A stretch of DNA of 64,000 bases from Squalus acanthias. Its lineage: Eukaryota. The position numbers were made by a program, and so were the translations under genes. This document shows, piece after piece, positions 25,196 to 38,200 of this stretch; positions within the stretch are counted from its first letter, which is position 1; every line of letters begins with the position of its first letter. The stretch covers positions 153,514,001 through 153,578,000 of the forward strand of contig CM059431.1 of the NCBI GenBank assembly GCA_030390025.1, given 5' to 3'. The notes under the pieces were generated by a model that was not told where the DNA came from, searched no databases, and saw nothing but the letters and a program-made list of their open reading frames with translations.

Positions 25196-25785
25196 TCACA
25201 TAACAAAGATGGCGGCTCCGGCGTCCCGCACAAAGATGGCGGCCCCGGTGGCCCGCACAAAGATGGTGGCCTCAGCGTTCCGCACAAAGATGGCGGCCCC
25301 GGTGGCCCGCACAAAAATGGTGGCCTCAGCATCCCGCACAAGATGGCGGCCCTGGCGCACGTCACAAAGAAGGTAGCCTCGGCGCCCCACACTTGATGCG
25401 GGCCCTGGCGCTCCCCACAAAGATGGCGGCTCCGGCCCCCAGCACAAAGATGGCGGCCCCGGCGCGCAGCACAAAGGTGCCGGCCCCGGCGCCCAGCAAA
25501 GAGATGGCTGCCCCGGCACCACGCACAATGCAGGCGCCCCGTGGTCCCGAGCAATTATGGTGGTTCCGGTGCCCCGCACAAAAATGTTGGAACCAATGTC
25601 CCGCACAAATATTGCGGCTCCGGTGCCCCGCAAAAAGATATCGGCTCCGTTGCCCCGCACAAAGATAGCGACTCCGACGCCCCTAACAAAAATGCCGCCT
25701 CCGGCATCCCGCTAAAAAATGGCGGCTCCGGCAACCCGCTCAAAGATGACAGCTCTGGGGCCCCATAACAAAGATGGCGGCTCTG
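25196..25785. repeat. 27-bp GC-rich minisatellite (caaagatggcggccccggtggcccgca) containing the YY1 consensus
   Basis: About 20 tandem units starting ~95 bp after the gene A stop codon. Confidence 0.88.
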
Positions 25786-25837
25786 GTTACAACAATATAA
25801 ATCTTTATAAATCATTATGATCATTAAGAAATCATTG

Positions 25838-26243
25838 TTTGATTCATTCTTGGAATATGGACGTCGCAGGCAAGGCCAGCATTTATTGTCCATCCTTAAC
25901 TGCCCTGGAGAAGGTGTTGGTGAGCCGCCTCATACAACTGAGTGGCTTGTTAGGCCATTTCAGAGGGTCGTCAATAGTCAAACACATTGCTGTGGGTTTT
26001 AAGTCACATTTTGTCCAAAATGGGTAACGACAGCAGCTTCCCTTCCCTGAAGGACATTTATGAATCAAATGTGCTGTTCCCGACAATCCGGTTTCATTGT
26101 CACCATTACTGACACTGACTTTTTATTCCAGATTTGTTTTATTAATATAATTTAAATTCCCTAGCAGTGGGATTTGAACTCAGGATTATTCGTCCAGGCA
26201 TCTGGTTTACTAGTCGAGCAACATAACCACTATGCTACTGTAC
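25838..26243 (-). mobile_element. tRNA-derived SINE, same family as 1230-1632
   Basis: Reverse complement begins gtacagtagcatagtggttatgttgctcgactagt and ends caataaatgctggccttgcc. Confidence 0.75.
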
Positions 26244-26310
26244 CCTTCAAATGTATCGACGTTCATTCATTGCCATTGGGTCAAAAGCCTGAAATTCCGT
26301 ACGTAATAGT

Positions 26311-29300
26311 ATAGAAACATAGAAAATAGGTGCAGGAGTAGACCATTCGGTCCTTCGAGCCTGCGCCGCTATTCAATGCGTTCATGGCTGAACATGATAC
26401 CTCAGTACCCCATTCCTGCTTTCTCGCCATACCCCTTCATCCCCCTAGTTGTGAGTATTATATCTAAATCCCTTTTGAATATATTTAGCGAACTGGCCTC
26501 AGCAACCTTCTGTGGTAGAGAATTCCACAGATTCACCACTCTCTCTTGGTGAAGAAGTTCCTCCTCATCTCAATCTTAAATGGCTTCCCCTTTATCCTTA
26601 GACTGTGACCCCTGGTTTTAGTTTTCCCTAACATTGGAAACATTCTGCCCGCATCTAATTTGTCTAAACCAGTCAGGATTTTAAACGTCTCTATAAGATC
26701 CCCCCTCATTCTTCTGAACTCCAGAGGATACAAGTTCAGTTGATCCAATCTTTCTTGATATGTCAGTCTGGCCATCCCAGGAATCAATCTAGTGAACCTT
26801 CGTTGCACTCCCTCAACAGCAAGAATGTCCTTCCTCAAGTTAGGAGACCAAAACTGCACACAATACTCCAGGTGTGGCCTCACCAATGCCCTGTACAACT
26901 GTAGCATCACCTCCCTACTCCTGTACTCAAATCCCCTTGCTATGAAGGCCATCATGCCATTTGCTTTCTTGACTGCCTGCTGCACTTGCCTTCCCACCTT
27001 CAGTGACTGATGTAACATGACGCCCAGGTCTCATTGCACCTCCCCTTTCCCTAATCTGCCACCATTCAGGTAATAGTCTGCCTCCCTATGTTTACCAACA
27101 AAGTGGATAACCTCACATTTATCCACATTGTACTTCATCTGCCATACATGTGCCCATTCACCCAACCTGTCCAAGTCACTCTGTAGCCTCCTAGCATCCT
27201 CCTCATTGTTCACACTGCCTCCCAATTTAGTGTCATCCGCAAATTTGGAGATATTACAATTAATCCCTTCGTCCAAATCATTAATATATAATGTAAACAG
27301 CTGGGGCCCCAGCACCGTACCCTGCGTTACCCCGCTGGTCACTGCCTGCCATTCTGAAAAGTACTAATTTACTCCTACTCTTTGTTTCCTGTGTGCCAAC
27401 CAGTTCTCAATCCACATCAACACATAACCCCCAATCCCATGTGCTTTAACTTTGCACACCAATCTCTTGTGTGGGACCTTGTCGAAGGCCTTCTGAAAGT
27501 CCAAATACACCACATCTACTGGTTCCCCCCCGTCCACCCTATTGGAAACACCCTCAAAAAATTCCAGAAGATTTGTCAAGCATGATTTCCCTTTCACAAA
27601 TCCATGCTGACTTGGACCTATCATGTCGCCACTTTCCAAATGGTCTGTTATGACATCTTTAATAATTGATTCCATCATTTTACCCACCACTGATGTCAGG
27701 CTGACCGGTCTATAATTCCCTGCTTTCTCCCTCCCTCCTTTTTTAAAAAGAGGGATTACATTAGCCACCCTCCAATCCTTCGGAACTGATCCAGAGTCTA
27801 AGGAGTGTTGGAAAATGATCGTCAATGCATCCACTATTTCCAGGGCCACCTCCTGAAGTACTCTGGGATGCAGACCATCAGGCCCTGGGGATTTATCAGC
27901 CTTCAGTCCCATCAATTTCCCCAACACCTTTTCCCGACTGATAAGGATTTCCCTCAGCTCCTCCTTCTTACCAGATCCTTTGATCTCTTTTATTTCCGGA
28001 AGTTTGTTTGTGTCCTCCACAGTAAACACCGAACCAAAGTACTTGTTCAATTGATCTTCCATTTATTTGTTCCCCATTATGACTTCCCCTGTTTCTGACT
28101 GCAGGGGACCTACGTTTGTTTTTACTAACCTCTTTCTTTTTACATATTTATAGAAGCTTTTGCAGTCCGTTTTAATGTTCACCGCAAGCTTCCTTTCATA
28201 TTTTAATTTCGCTGCCCTACTCAAACCCTTCGTCCTCCTCTGTTGAGTTTTAAAGTTCTCCCAGTCCCCGGGTTTGCTGCTACTTCTGGCCAATTTGTAT
28301 GCCACTTCCTTGCTTTTAATACTATCCCTGATTTCCCTTGTTAGCCATAGTTGAGCCACCTTCCATTTTTTATTTTTACGCCAGACAGGGATGTACAATT
28401 GCTGTAGTTCATCTATGCGATCTCAAAATGTCTGCCATTGCCCTTCCACTGATAACCCGTTAAATATCGCTTGCCAATCTAACCTCGCCAATTCACGCCT
28501 CATACCCTCAAAGTTGCCCTTATTTAAGTTCTGGACCATGGTCTCTGAATTAACTGTTTCCTTCTCCATCCTAATGTAGAACTCCAGCATACTATGGTCA
28601 CTCTTCCACAAGGGGCCTCGCACCACAAATTGCTGATTAGTCCTTCCTCATTACACAACACCCAGTCCAGGATGGCCTCCCCTCTAGTTGGTTCCTCAGC
28701 ATATTGGTGTAGGAAACCATCCCTTAAACACTCCAGGAAATCCTACTCCACCGTATTGCTTCCAGTTTGAGTTTTCCAATCTATATGCATATTAAAGTCA
28801 ACCATGATAACTGCTGCGCCTTTTTTGCATGCACCTCTGATTTCCTGTTTCCTACCCTCCCCCACCTCACTACTACTGTTTGGAGGTGTGTACACAACCC
28901 CCACTAACGTTTTCAGCCCTTTGGTGTTCTGCAGCTCAACCCATATTGATTCCACATCCTCCAAGCTAATGTCCTTCCTAACGATTGCATTAATCTCCTT
29001 TTTAACCAGCAATGCTACCCCACCACCTTTTCCTTTTATTCTATCCTTCCTGAATGTAGAATACCCCTGGATATTCAGTTCGCAGCCTTGATTGTTCTGG
29101 AGCCACGTCTCTGTAATCCCAATCACATCCTATCCGTTAACCTCAATTTGCACAGTCAATTCATCCACCTTATTACGGATACTTCTTGCATTTAGACACA
29201 TAGCCTTTAGGCTTGTTTTATTAACACCCTTTGTCCTTTTAGACTTATGATTTAGTATGGCCCTATGTCTTTCTTGCCTTTGTTTACTCGGATTTCCCTT

Positions 29301-29545
29301 ATTGTTTCTCACCGTTCTAACATTTGTTTCTGACTGCATATTACTTCCCCCTGTTTCTCTACATAGGTTCCCATTCCCCTGCCATATTAGTTTAAATCAT
29401 CCCGAACTGCCTTAGCAAATATTACCCCGAGGACATCGGTTCGAGTCCTGCCCAAGTGCAGACCGTCCCTTTTGTACAGGTCCCACTTCCCCCAGAACTG
29501 GTTCCAATGCCTCAGGTATTTGAATCCCTCCCTCCTGCACCACTG
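26311..29545 (-). mobile_element. CR1 LINE (ORF1 C-terminus plus ORF2 with few stops), inserted into the 3' end of another LINE (26245-26310 and 29546-29695)
   Basis: Consecutive minus ORFs with GITETW, YRPVSLTSVVGK, YLDFQKAFDKVPH, KFADDTKLG; tail at 26311-26330. Confidence 0.93.
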
Positions 29546-30757
29546 TATTGTGGGAGCACCTTCACCACACGGACTGCAGCGGTTAAGGATGAAGGCCCAC
29601 CATTTTATCATGGGTAACTGGGAATGGGCAAATAATATCAGCCTTGACAGCGTCAACTATATCCTGAGAACAAATAAATATAAATAATAAAATGGGAATA
29701 AAATCACTGATTTTGAAATTCACTGATTGAAAACAGGCGAGGTCTGTGGTCAGAGTGAGAAGTCATGTTCCGCTAAAAAAAATTTCAACACAACTTGGCC
29801 CACCAATTCTATGGTTTTATGATTGAAAGTACTCACACTTTCCCATTTCACCAATATTTTGAAAAGTTGCTTGATAAAGTACCACATATTACCAAAAATT
29901 AAGTCCATGGGATTAAAGTGGCAGTGGCAACAGTGAGTGGTACGAGGTATATCAGTATTAGAGTGACTGGTGTGGGGTAAACAATCCAGATTGTGGCATG
30001 TATCAGTGGGTTACAGTGAGTGATGTGGGGAGTAACGGTCCAGAGCGAGTCATGTATCAGAGAGTTACCTTGAATGTTGTGTGGTATATCAGAGCGTTAC
30101 AGTGAGGGTTGTGGGGTATATCAGTCTGTTACAGTGAGTCTTGTAAGGGTATATCAGACCGTTAAAGTGAGGGGTGTGTGGTATATCACAGTGTTAAAGT
30201 GAGGAGTATGGGGTATATCACAGAGTGTTACAGTGAGGGGGTGCAATATATCTGTGTGTTACAGTGAGGGGTGTGGGGTATATCAATCGGTTACAGTGAG
30301 GGGTGTGGAGTATATCAGACTATGACAGCGAGGGGTGTGGGGTATAACAAAGTGTTACACTGAGGAGTGTGAGGTGTATCAGTGTATGTTACAGTGAGGG
30401 TGAGCAGTATATCAGAGTTTTAACGTGAGGGGTGTGGGGTATATCAGATAATGTTACAGTGAGGGCTGTCGGTATATCAGAATGTTATAGTGAGCGGTGT
30501 GGTGTATATCAGAGTGTTACCATGAGGGGTGTGGTGTATATCAGAGGGTTACAGTAAGTGGTGCGGTGTAAATCAGATTGTTACATTGTGGGATGTGGGG
30601 TATATAACAATTTTATAATCAGGAATGTGGGGTATTTCAGAGCATTGCTGTGTGGGTTGTTTCGGAGTGTTACAGTGTGGGTTGTGTTGTATATCAGAGT
30701 GTGTTACAGTGAGGGGGTGCAGTATAACAGAGTGTGTTACAGTGAGCGGTGCAAAGT

Positions 30758-31544
30758 ACTGTCAACAAGGGCAGACGTCGACGACGAAGACCAACACCGC
30801 CTTCAGTGTGCCGGTGCAGCCTTCGGTCGCCTGAGGAAGAGAGTGTTTGAAGACCAGGACCTCAACCCCAGCACCAAGCTCATGGTCTACAGGGCAGCAG
30901 TGATACCCACCCTGCTGTATGACTCAGAGACATGGACCATGTACAGCAGGCACCTCAAAGCACTGGAGAGGTACCACCAACGCTGCCTCCGCAAGATACT
31001 GCAAATCCATTGACAGGATAGGCGCACCAACGTCAGTGTTCTCGCTCAGGCCAACATCCCCAGCATCGAAGCTTTGACCACACTCGATCTGCTCCGATGG
31101 ACGGGTCACATCGTCCGCTTGCCCGATACGAGACTCCCAAAACAAGAGCTGTACTCGGAGCTTCGACAGGGCATAAGAGAGCCCCAGGTGGGCAGAGGAA
31201 ACGTTTCAAGGAAACCCTCAAAGACTCCTTGAAAAAGTTCAACATCCACACCGGCACCTGCAAATCCGTGGCCCAAGACCGCACAAAGTGGAGGAGAAGC
31301 ATCCGGGAAGGCGCCGAACACCTCGAGTCTCTTCGTCGGGAGCAAGCGGAAGTCAAGCACAAGCAGCGGAAGGGGCACACGTCAACCCAAGAACCCCACC
31401 CACCCGCCCCTTCAACCACTGTCTGCCCCACCTGTGACAGAGACTGTAGGTCCCGCATTGGACTCATCAGTCACCTGCGAACTAATTTTAATGTGGAAGC
31501 AAGTCATTCTCGGATCCGAGTGACTGCCTAAGAAGAAGAAGAAG
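30758..31544 (+). mobile_element. 5'-truncated RTE LINE, same family as 7979-15605
   Basis: RLQCAGAAFGRLRKRVFEDQDL; C2H2-like CPTCDRDCRSRIGLISHLRT; (AAG)n tail. Confidence 0.9.
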
Positions 31545-31627
31545 TATATCAGTATTACATTGAGTGTTGTGGGGAGTAACAGCCCAGTGTGTGGCATATA
31601 TCAGATTGATACAGTGAGTGGTGTGGG

Positions 31628-31753
31628 GTATATGGGGAGAGTGCGGGAATATGATATTGAGATAAAGGATCAGCCATGATCATATTGAATGGCGGAGCAG
31701 GCTGGAAGGGCCGAATGGCCTACTGCTGCTCCTATTTTTCTATGTTTCTATGT
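31628..31753 (+). mobile_element. Short CR1 3'-end insertion
   Basis: gatcagccatgatcatattgaatggcggagcaggc...ttctatgtttctatg. Confidence 0.8.
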
Positions 31754-32245
31754 ATATTACAGTGTTAAAGTGAGGGGTGTGGGTATATCAAAGGGTTGCA
31801 GAGTGATGCGTTGGGTATATCAGAGTGTTATAGTGAGGGGTGTGTGGTATATAATGGAGTAAGAGTGAGAGGTGTGGGGTTCATCAGAGGTTTACAGTGT
31901 GTGGTGTGCGGTATGTCAGATGTATCCAGTGAGGTGTGTGGGGGATATCAGAGTGATACAGTGTGGGGTGTGTTGCAGTGATTGGTGTGGGAAAGATAAG
32001 AGTGCTTCTGGGGTGTGGCATGTATCTGAGTGTTGCAGTGCGTTTTCTGCGGTATATCATAGTGTTACTTTGGTGGTGTGGGCTATATCAGAGTGTTACA
32101 GTGAGGTACATCAGAGTATGACAGTATGTGGTATGGGGTATATCAGAGTTTTAAAGTGAGGCGTGTGGTGTATATCGAAGTGTTACAATGAGGGGTGTGG
32201 GGTATAGCAGAGATTGTTAATGTGAGTGTTATGGGATATATCAGA

Positions 32246-33740
32246 GATACAGTGTAAAGCTCCCTCTACACTGTACAATCAAACACATCCAGAGCACATG
32301 CTGCTCTGATGACACACAAAGTAAAGCTTCCGCTGCACTGTCCCACCAAACAATGCCACGATAGGTACAGCATGGGTTAGCTAGAGAATAAATCTCCCAC
32401 TACACAGTCCCATCAAAAACTCCCAGTGCAGGTACAGCACGGGTTAGATACAGAGTCAAGTTCAATCTAAACTGTACCATCAAACAATCCCAGGGCAGGT
32501 CCAGCACGGGTTAGATACAAAGTAAAGCTCCCTCTACACTGTCCCATCAATCACTCCCAGGGCAGGTACAGCACGGGTTAGATACAGAGTAAAGCTCCCT
32601 CTGCACTGTCACATCAAACACTCCCAGGGCAGGTACAGCACGGGTTAGATATAGAGTAAAGCTCCCTCTACACTGTCCCATCAAACTACCCCAGGACAGG
32701 TACAGCACTGGTTAGATACAGAGTAAAGCTCACTCTACACTGTACCATCAAACAATCCCAGGGCACGTCCTCTCTGGTGAAACACAGAGTAAAGCTTCTA
32801 CTGCACTGTCCCACCAAACACTCAAAGGGCAGGCACAGCACGTGTTGGATAAAGAGTGAAGCTCCCACTATATTGGCCCATCACAAACTCCCAGGGCATG
32901 TACAGCACAGCATAGATACAGAGTAAAGCTCCCTCTGCACTTTCCATCAAACACTCCCACGATATATACAGCACGGTTTAGATACAGAGTAAAGCTCCCT
33001 CTACTCTGTCCCATCAATCACGCTCAGGGCACGTAAAGCAATGGTTAGATAAAGAGTAATGCTGCCTCCACATTGTCCGATCAAACACTCCCAGGGCAGG
33101 TACAGAACGGTTTCGATACAGAATAAATCTCCCTCTGCACAGTCCCATCAACAACCCCAAAGTAGGTAAGGCGGTAATATACAGAGTCAAGCTTCCTCTA
33201 CATTGTCCCAGCAAACAATCCCAGTGCTGGTACAGCACGAGTTAGATAAAGAGTAAAGCTCGCTCTGCACTGTCGCATCAAACACTAGCAGGGCAGGTAC
33301 AGCCCGGGGTAGCTGCAGAGTTAACCACACTCGAAACTGTCACATCACACACTCCCAGGGTTGGTACAGCACGGGTTAGATACAGAGTTGAGCTCCATCT
33401 ACACTGTCCCATCAAACACTCCCAGGGCTGGTACATCACGGGTTAGATACAGATTAAATCTCCCTTTACGCTGACCGATCAAACACTCTCCGGGCACGTA
33501 AAGCAATGGTTGCATAAAGAGTTAAGCTTCCTCTATATTGTCCCATCCATCACATCCAGGACACGTACAACACTCGATAGATACAGAGTAACTCTCCCTC
33601 TACAATGTCCCATCAAACTCTCCCTGGGCAGGTTCAGCACCGGTGAGGTACAGAGTAAATCTTCCTCTGCATCGCCCTATCAAACATTCCCTGGGCAGGT
33701 ACAGCACGAGTTAGATACAGAGTGATTCTCCCTCTTCACA
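32246..33740. repeat. 67-bp minisatellite (gatacagagtaaagctccctctacactgtcccatcaaacactcccagggcaggtacagcacgggtta)
   Basis: About 22 tandem units, period 67 (32514, 32581). Confidence 0.92.
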
Positions 33741-33744
33741 GCAA

Positions 33745-34045
33745 GGCAACATTTGATCGACTGTGGCATGAAGGTGCACTTGTAAAATTGAGGTCAATGG
33801 GAATCGGAGGAAAAAATCTCCACTAGCTGGAGTAATACTTAGCGCAAAGGAAGATGGTTGTGGTGACTGAAGGTCAATCATCACAGCCCCAGGACATCGC
33901 TGCAGGAGTTCCTCAGGGCAGTGTCCTAGGCCCAACCATATTCAGCTGCTTCATCAATGACCTTCCCTCCAACAGAAGGTCAGAAATGGCGATGTTCGCT
34001 GATGACTGCACTTTTTACAGTGCCTTTCACAACTCCTCAGATAAT
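33745..34045 (+). mobile_element. LINE RT fragment
   Basis: AGVPQGSVLGPTIFSCFINDLPS...MFADD. Confidence 0.8.
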
Positions 34046-34047
34046 TA

Positions 34048-35295
34048 ACATAAGAACATAAGAATTGGAAACAGGAATAGGCCACTTGGCCCCTCAAGCC
34101 TGCTCCGCCAATCAATAAGATCATGGCTCATCTTGGGCTCAAAGCCACTCCCCACCCCCATAACCCTTCACTCCCTTATCTTGCAAAAAGCTGTCTATCT
34201 CCACGCTAAATGTATTTAATGACCCAGACTCCACAGCTTTCTGGAGCAGAGAATTTCCCAGTTTTACGACCCTCTGAGAAAATAATTTCCTCCTCATCTG
34301 AGTTCTAAAAGGCTTTTTCTAAAACTGTGCCCCCGCGATCTAGATTTTCCCACGAAGGGAAACATCCTCTCTGCATCTATCTTGTCGAGCCCACTCACTA
34401 TCTTATACGTTTCAATAAGATCACCTTTGATTCTTCCTGATTCCATTTAGTATAGGCCCAGCCTGCTCAACCTTGCCTCATAAGTCAATCCCATTATCTC
34501 TGGAATTAACCTAGTGAATCGTCTCTGAACTGCCTCCAATGCAAGTATATCCTTCCTTAAATAAGAAGACCTAAACTGTACGCAGTACCTAAGCTGTGGT
34601 CTCACCAAAATCCTGTACATTTGTAGCAGGACTTCCCTGCTTTTATACTCCAACCGCATTGAAATAAAGGCTAACATTCCATGTGCCTTTTTGATTACTT
34701 GCTGTACCTGCATGCTAACTGTTTGTGTTTCTTGCACAAGGACCCCCAGGTTCCTCTCAACTGTAGCATTTTGTAATCTCTCGCCATTTAACCAATAATT
34801 TTCTTCTTTATTTGTCCTGCCAAAGTGTATAACCTTGCTATTTCCCACATTATACTCCATCTGCCATATATTTGCCCACTCAATTAGCCTGTTTATTTCT
34901 CTTTGCAGGTTCTTTGAGTCCTCTGCACAACTTGCTTTCCCACCCATCTTTGCATCATCCGCAAACTTGGCTACATTACACTCGGTCCCTTAATCCAAGT
35001 CATTAATATAGATTGTAAATAGTTGATGCCCCAGCACCGATCCCTGTGACACCCCACTAGCTACCGCCTGCCAACCGGAAAATGACTCATGTATCCCGAA
35101 TCCCTGCTTCCTGTTAGTTAGCCAATTATCTATCCATGCTAATATGTTATCCACTATTCCGTAAGCTCTTATCTTATGAAGTAACCTTTTATATAGAAAC
35201 TAATCGAATGCCTTCTGGATATCTAAATGCACCACATCCACTGGTTCAACTTTGTCCACCCTGCTCGTTACTTCCTCAAAGAACTCCAGCAAGTT
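34048..35295 (-). mobile_element. 5'-truncated CR1 LINE
   Basis: Minus ORF WQMEYNVG...YCVQF...RRFTRLIP; tail aacataagaacataagaa at 34048. Confidence 0.88.
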
Positions 35296-35297
35296 TT

Positions 35298-38200
35298 TTA
35301 GAAGATAGGAGCAAGAGTAGGCCATTCGGACCCTCGAGCCTGCTCCGTCATTTAATGAGATCATGGCTGATCATCCAAACTCAGTACACTGTCCCTGCTT
35401 TCTCCCCATATCCCGTGATCCCTTTAGCCTTAAGCAATATATCTATCTCATTCTTGAATATATTTAATGAATTGGCCTTAACTGCCTTCTGTGGTAAAGA
35501 ATTCCACAGGTTCACCACTCTCTGGGTGAAGAAATTCCTCCTCATCACACCCCCGCTATCGGGAACAGCTTCCAGCATCTAGTCTGTCTAGTCCTGTTAG
35601 AATTTTATAAGTTTCAATGAGATCACCCTCTCATTCTTCTAAACTCTAGCCAATGTAAGCCTAATCGATCCAATCTCTCTTCATACGTCATTCCTGCCAT
35701 CCCAGGTATCAGTCTGGTAAATCTTCGCTGCACTCCCTCCATGGCAAGAACATCCTTCTCAGATAAGGCGACTAAAAGTGCACACATTACTCAAGGTATA
35801 GTCTCACCAAGGCCTTGTACAACTGCAACACGACATCCTTGTTCCTGTACTCGAATCCTCTCGCTATGAAGGCCAACATACCATTTGACTTGTTAACCGC
35901 CTGTTGCACCAGCATGTTTACCTTCAGCGACTGGTGCACAAGGGCTCCCATATCTCGTTTCACTTCCCCTTTACTCAATCTATTGCCGTTCAGATCATAA
36001 TCTGTCTTCTTGTTTTTGCCACCAAAGTGGATATCCTCGCATTTATCCACATTATACTGCATCTGCCATGCATCTGCCCAATCACCCAACCTGTCCAAAT
36101 CATCCTGGAAGTGATCTGCATTCTCCTCACAGCACACACGCCCACCCAGCTTTGTGTCATCTGCAAACTTAGAGATATTACATCTAGTTCCCTCGACTAG
36201 ATCATTAATATATATTGTGAATAGCTGGGGTCCTAGCACCGATCCCTGCTGTACCCCACTAGTCACTGCTTGCCACTCGGAAAAAGACCCGTTTATTCCA
36301 ACTCTTTGCTTCCTGTCTGCCTTCCAGTTCTCTATCCAAATCAGTACCTTACCCCAATCCCATGTGCATTAACTTTGCACGTTAATCTCTTATGCGGGAT
36401 CTCATCGAAAGCCTTCTGAAAGTCCAAATACACCACATCCACTGGTTCTCTCTTATCCATTGGAACAGTTACATCATCAAAAAAGTACAGCAGATTAGTC
36501 AGGAATTATATACCTTTTGTAAATCCATGTTGACTTTGTCCGATCCTGTCATTGTTTTCCAAGTGCTCTGTTGTTTCATCTTTTATAATGGACTCTAGCA
36601 TTTAGCCCATTACCGATGTCAGGCTTACAATTCTCTATAATTCTCCATTATTTCTCTACCACCTTTTTTAAATACTAGTTTTACATTAGCTTCCATCCAA
36701 TCCATGTGAACTGTTCCAGAGTCTATAGAATTTTGAAAGATGAACAACAATGCATCTACTATTACTAGGGCCACTTCCTTAATTACCCTAGGGTGTAGAT
36801 TATCAGGCCCTGGGATTTATCGGACTTCGATCCCGTCAATTTCCCTTACAGCATTTCCCTACAAATACTGATTTCATTCAATTCCTCCCTCTCATTAGAC
36901 CCTATGTTCCCCGAAATCTCTGGGAGTTTACTTGTATCCTCCTTTGTGCAGACAGAACCAAAGTATATATTTAATTGGTCTTCCATTTCTTTGTTCCCCA
37001 TTATAAATTCCCCTGATTCTGACTGCAAGGGACCTACGGCTTGACTTCACAAATCTTTTTCGCTTCACATATCTATAGAAGCTTTTACAGCCAGTTTTTC
37101 TGTTCCCTGCAAGCTTACTCTCATTTTCTATTTCCCCCCTCTTAATTAATACCTTTGTCCTCCTTTGCTGAATACTAAACTGCTCCGAATCCTCAGGTCT
37201 GCTGCATTTTCTGTCCAATTTATATGTCCTCTGCTTGGCTCTTATGCTATCCCTAATTTCCCTTGTTAGTCACGATTGTGTCCCACGCTCCCAAATCCAT
37301 CCTAGCCAACTCGTGCCTCATCCCATCGTAGTTCCCTTTATTTAAATTCAGGACCATAGTCTCTGATTCAACTACTTCATTCACCATCTTAATGAAGAAT
37401 TCTATCATATTATGATCGCTCCCCCCCAAGGGGCCTCGCAAAACAAGATTGCAAATTAATACTTTCTCATCACATAATACCCAGTCTAAGATGGCCTGAT
37501 CTCAAGTTGGTTCCTCGACATATTGGTCCAGGAAACCATCCCGTATACACTCTAGGAATTCCTCCTCCACAGTATTGTTACTAATTTGGTTAGCCCAAAC
37601 TGTATGTAGATTAAATTCACCCATGATAACTGTTGTGCCCTTATTGCACACGTCTCTAATTCCCGTGTAATGCCATCCGCAAACTCAGCATTACTGTTTG
37701 GGGGTCTATATACAACTCCCACTAACTTTTTCTGCCAATTGATATTGCTCAGGTCTACCCATACAGATTCCACATCATCAAAGCTAATACCCTTCCTTAC
37801 TTTTGTGTTAATCTCCTTTTTAACCAGCAATGCTACACCACCTCCTTTTCGTTTTTGCCTGTGCTTCCTAAATATTGAATACCCCTGGATGTGGAATTCC
37901 CTGCCTTGGTCACCTGGAGCAATGCCTCCGTAATCCCAATTATATCATAAGAACATAAGAACATAAGAAATAGGAGCAGGAGTAGGCCAATCGGCCCCTC
38001 GAGCCTGCTCCGCCATTCAATAAGATCATGGCTGATCTGATCCTAACCGCCAATCTACTATCTATCACAGAACCATCTCCTGCATCTAACAGAATTGCAC
38101 ACACAAAATAGGAGCAGAATCAGGCTACACAGTCCCTGGGCCCGCTCCACTACCCACAGGGCCATGACCGATCCGAACCTAGACTCATGTCCGAATTCCT

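Larger units (their letters stand above)
29930..32248. repeat. ~32-bp minisatellite (gtgtggggtatatcagagtgttacagtgaggg)
   Basis: Degenerate tandem units, interrupted by an RTE fragment and a CR1 tail. Confidence 0.87.
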
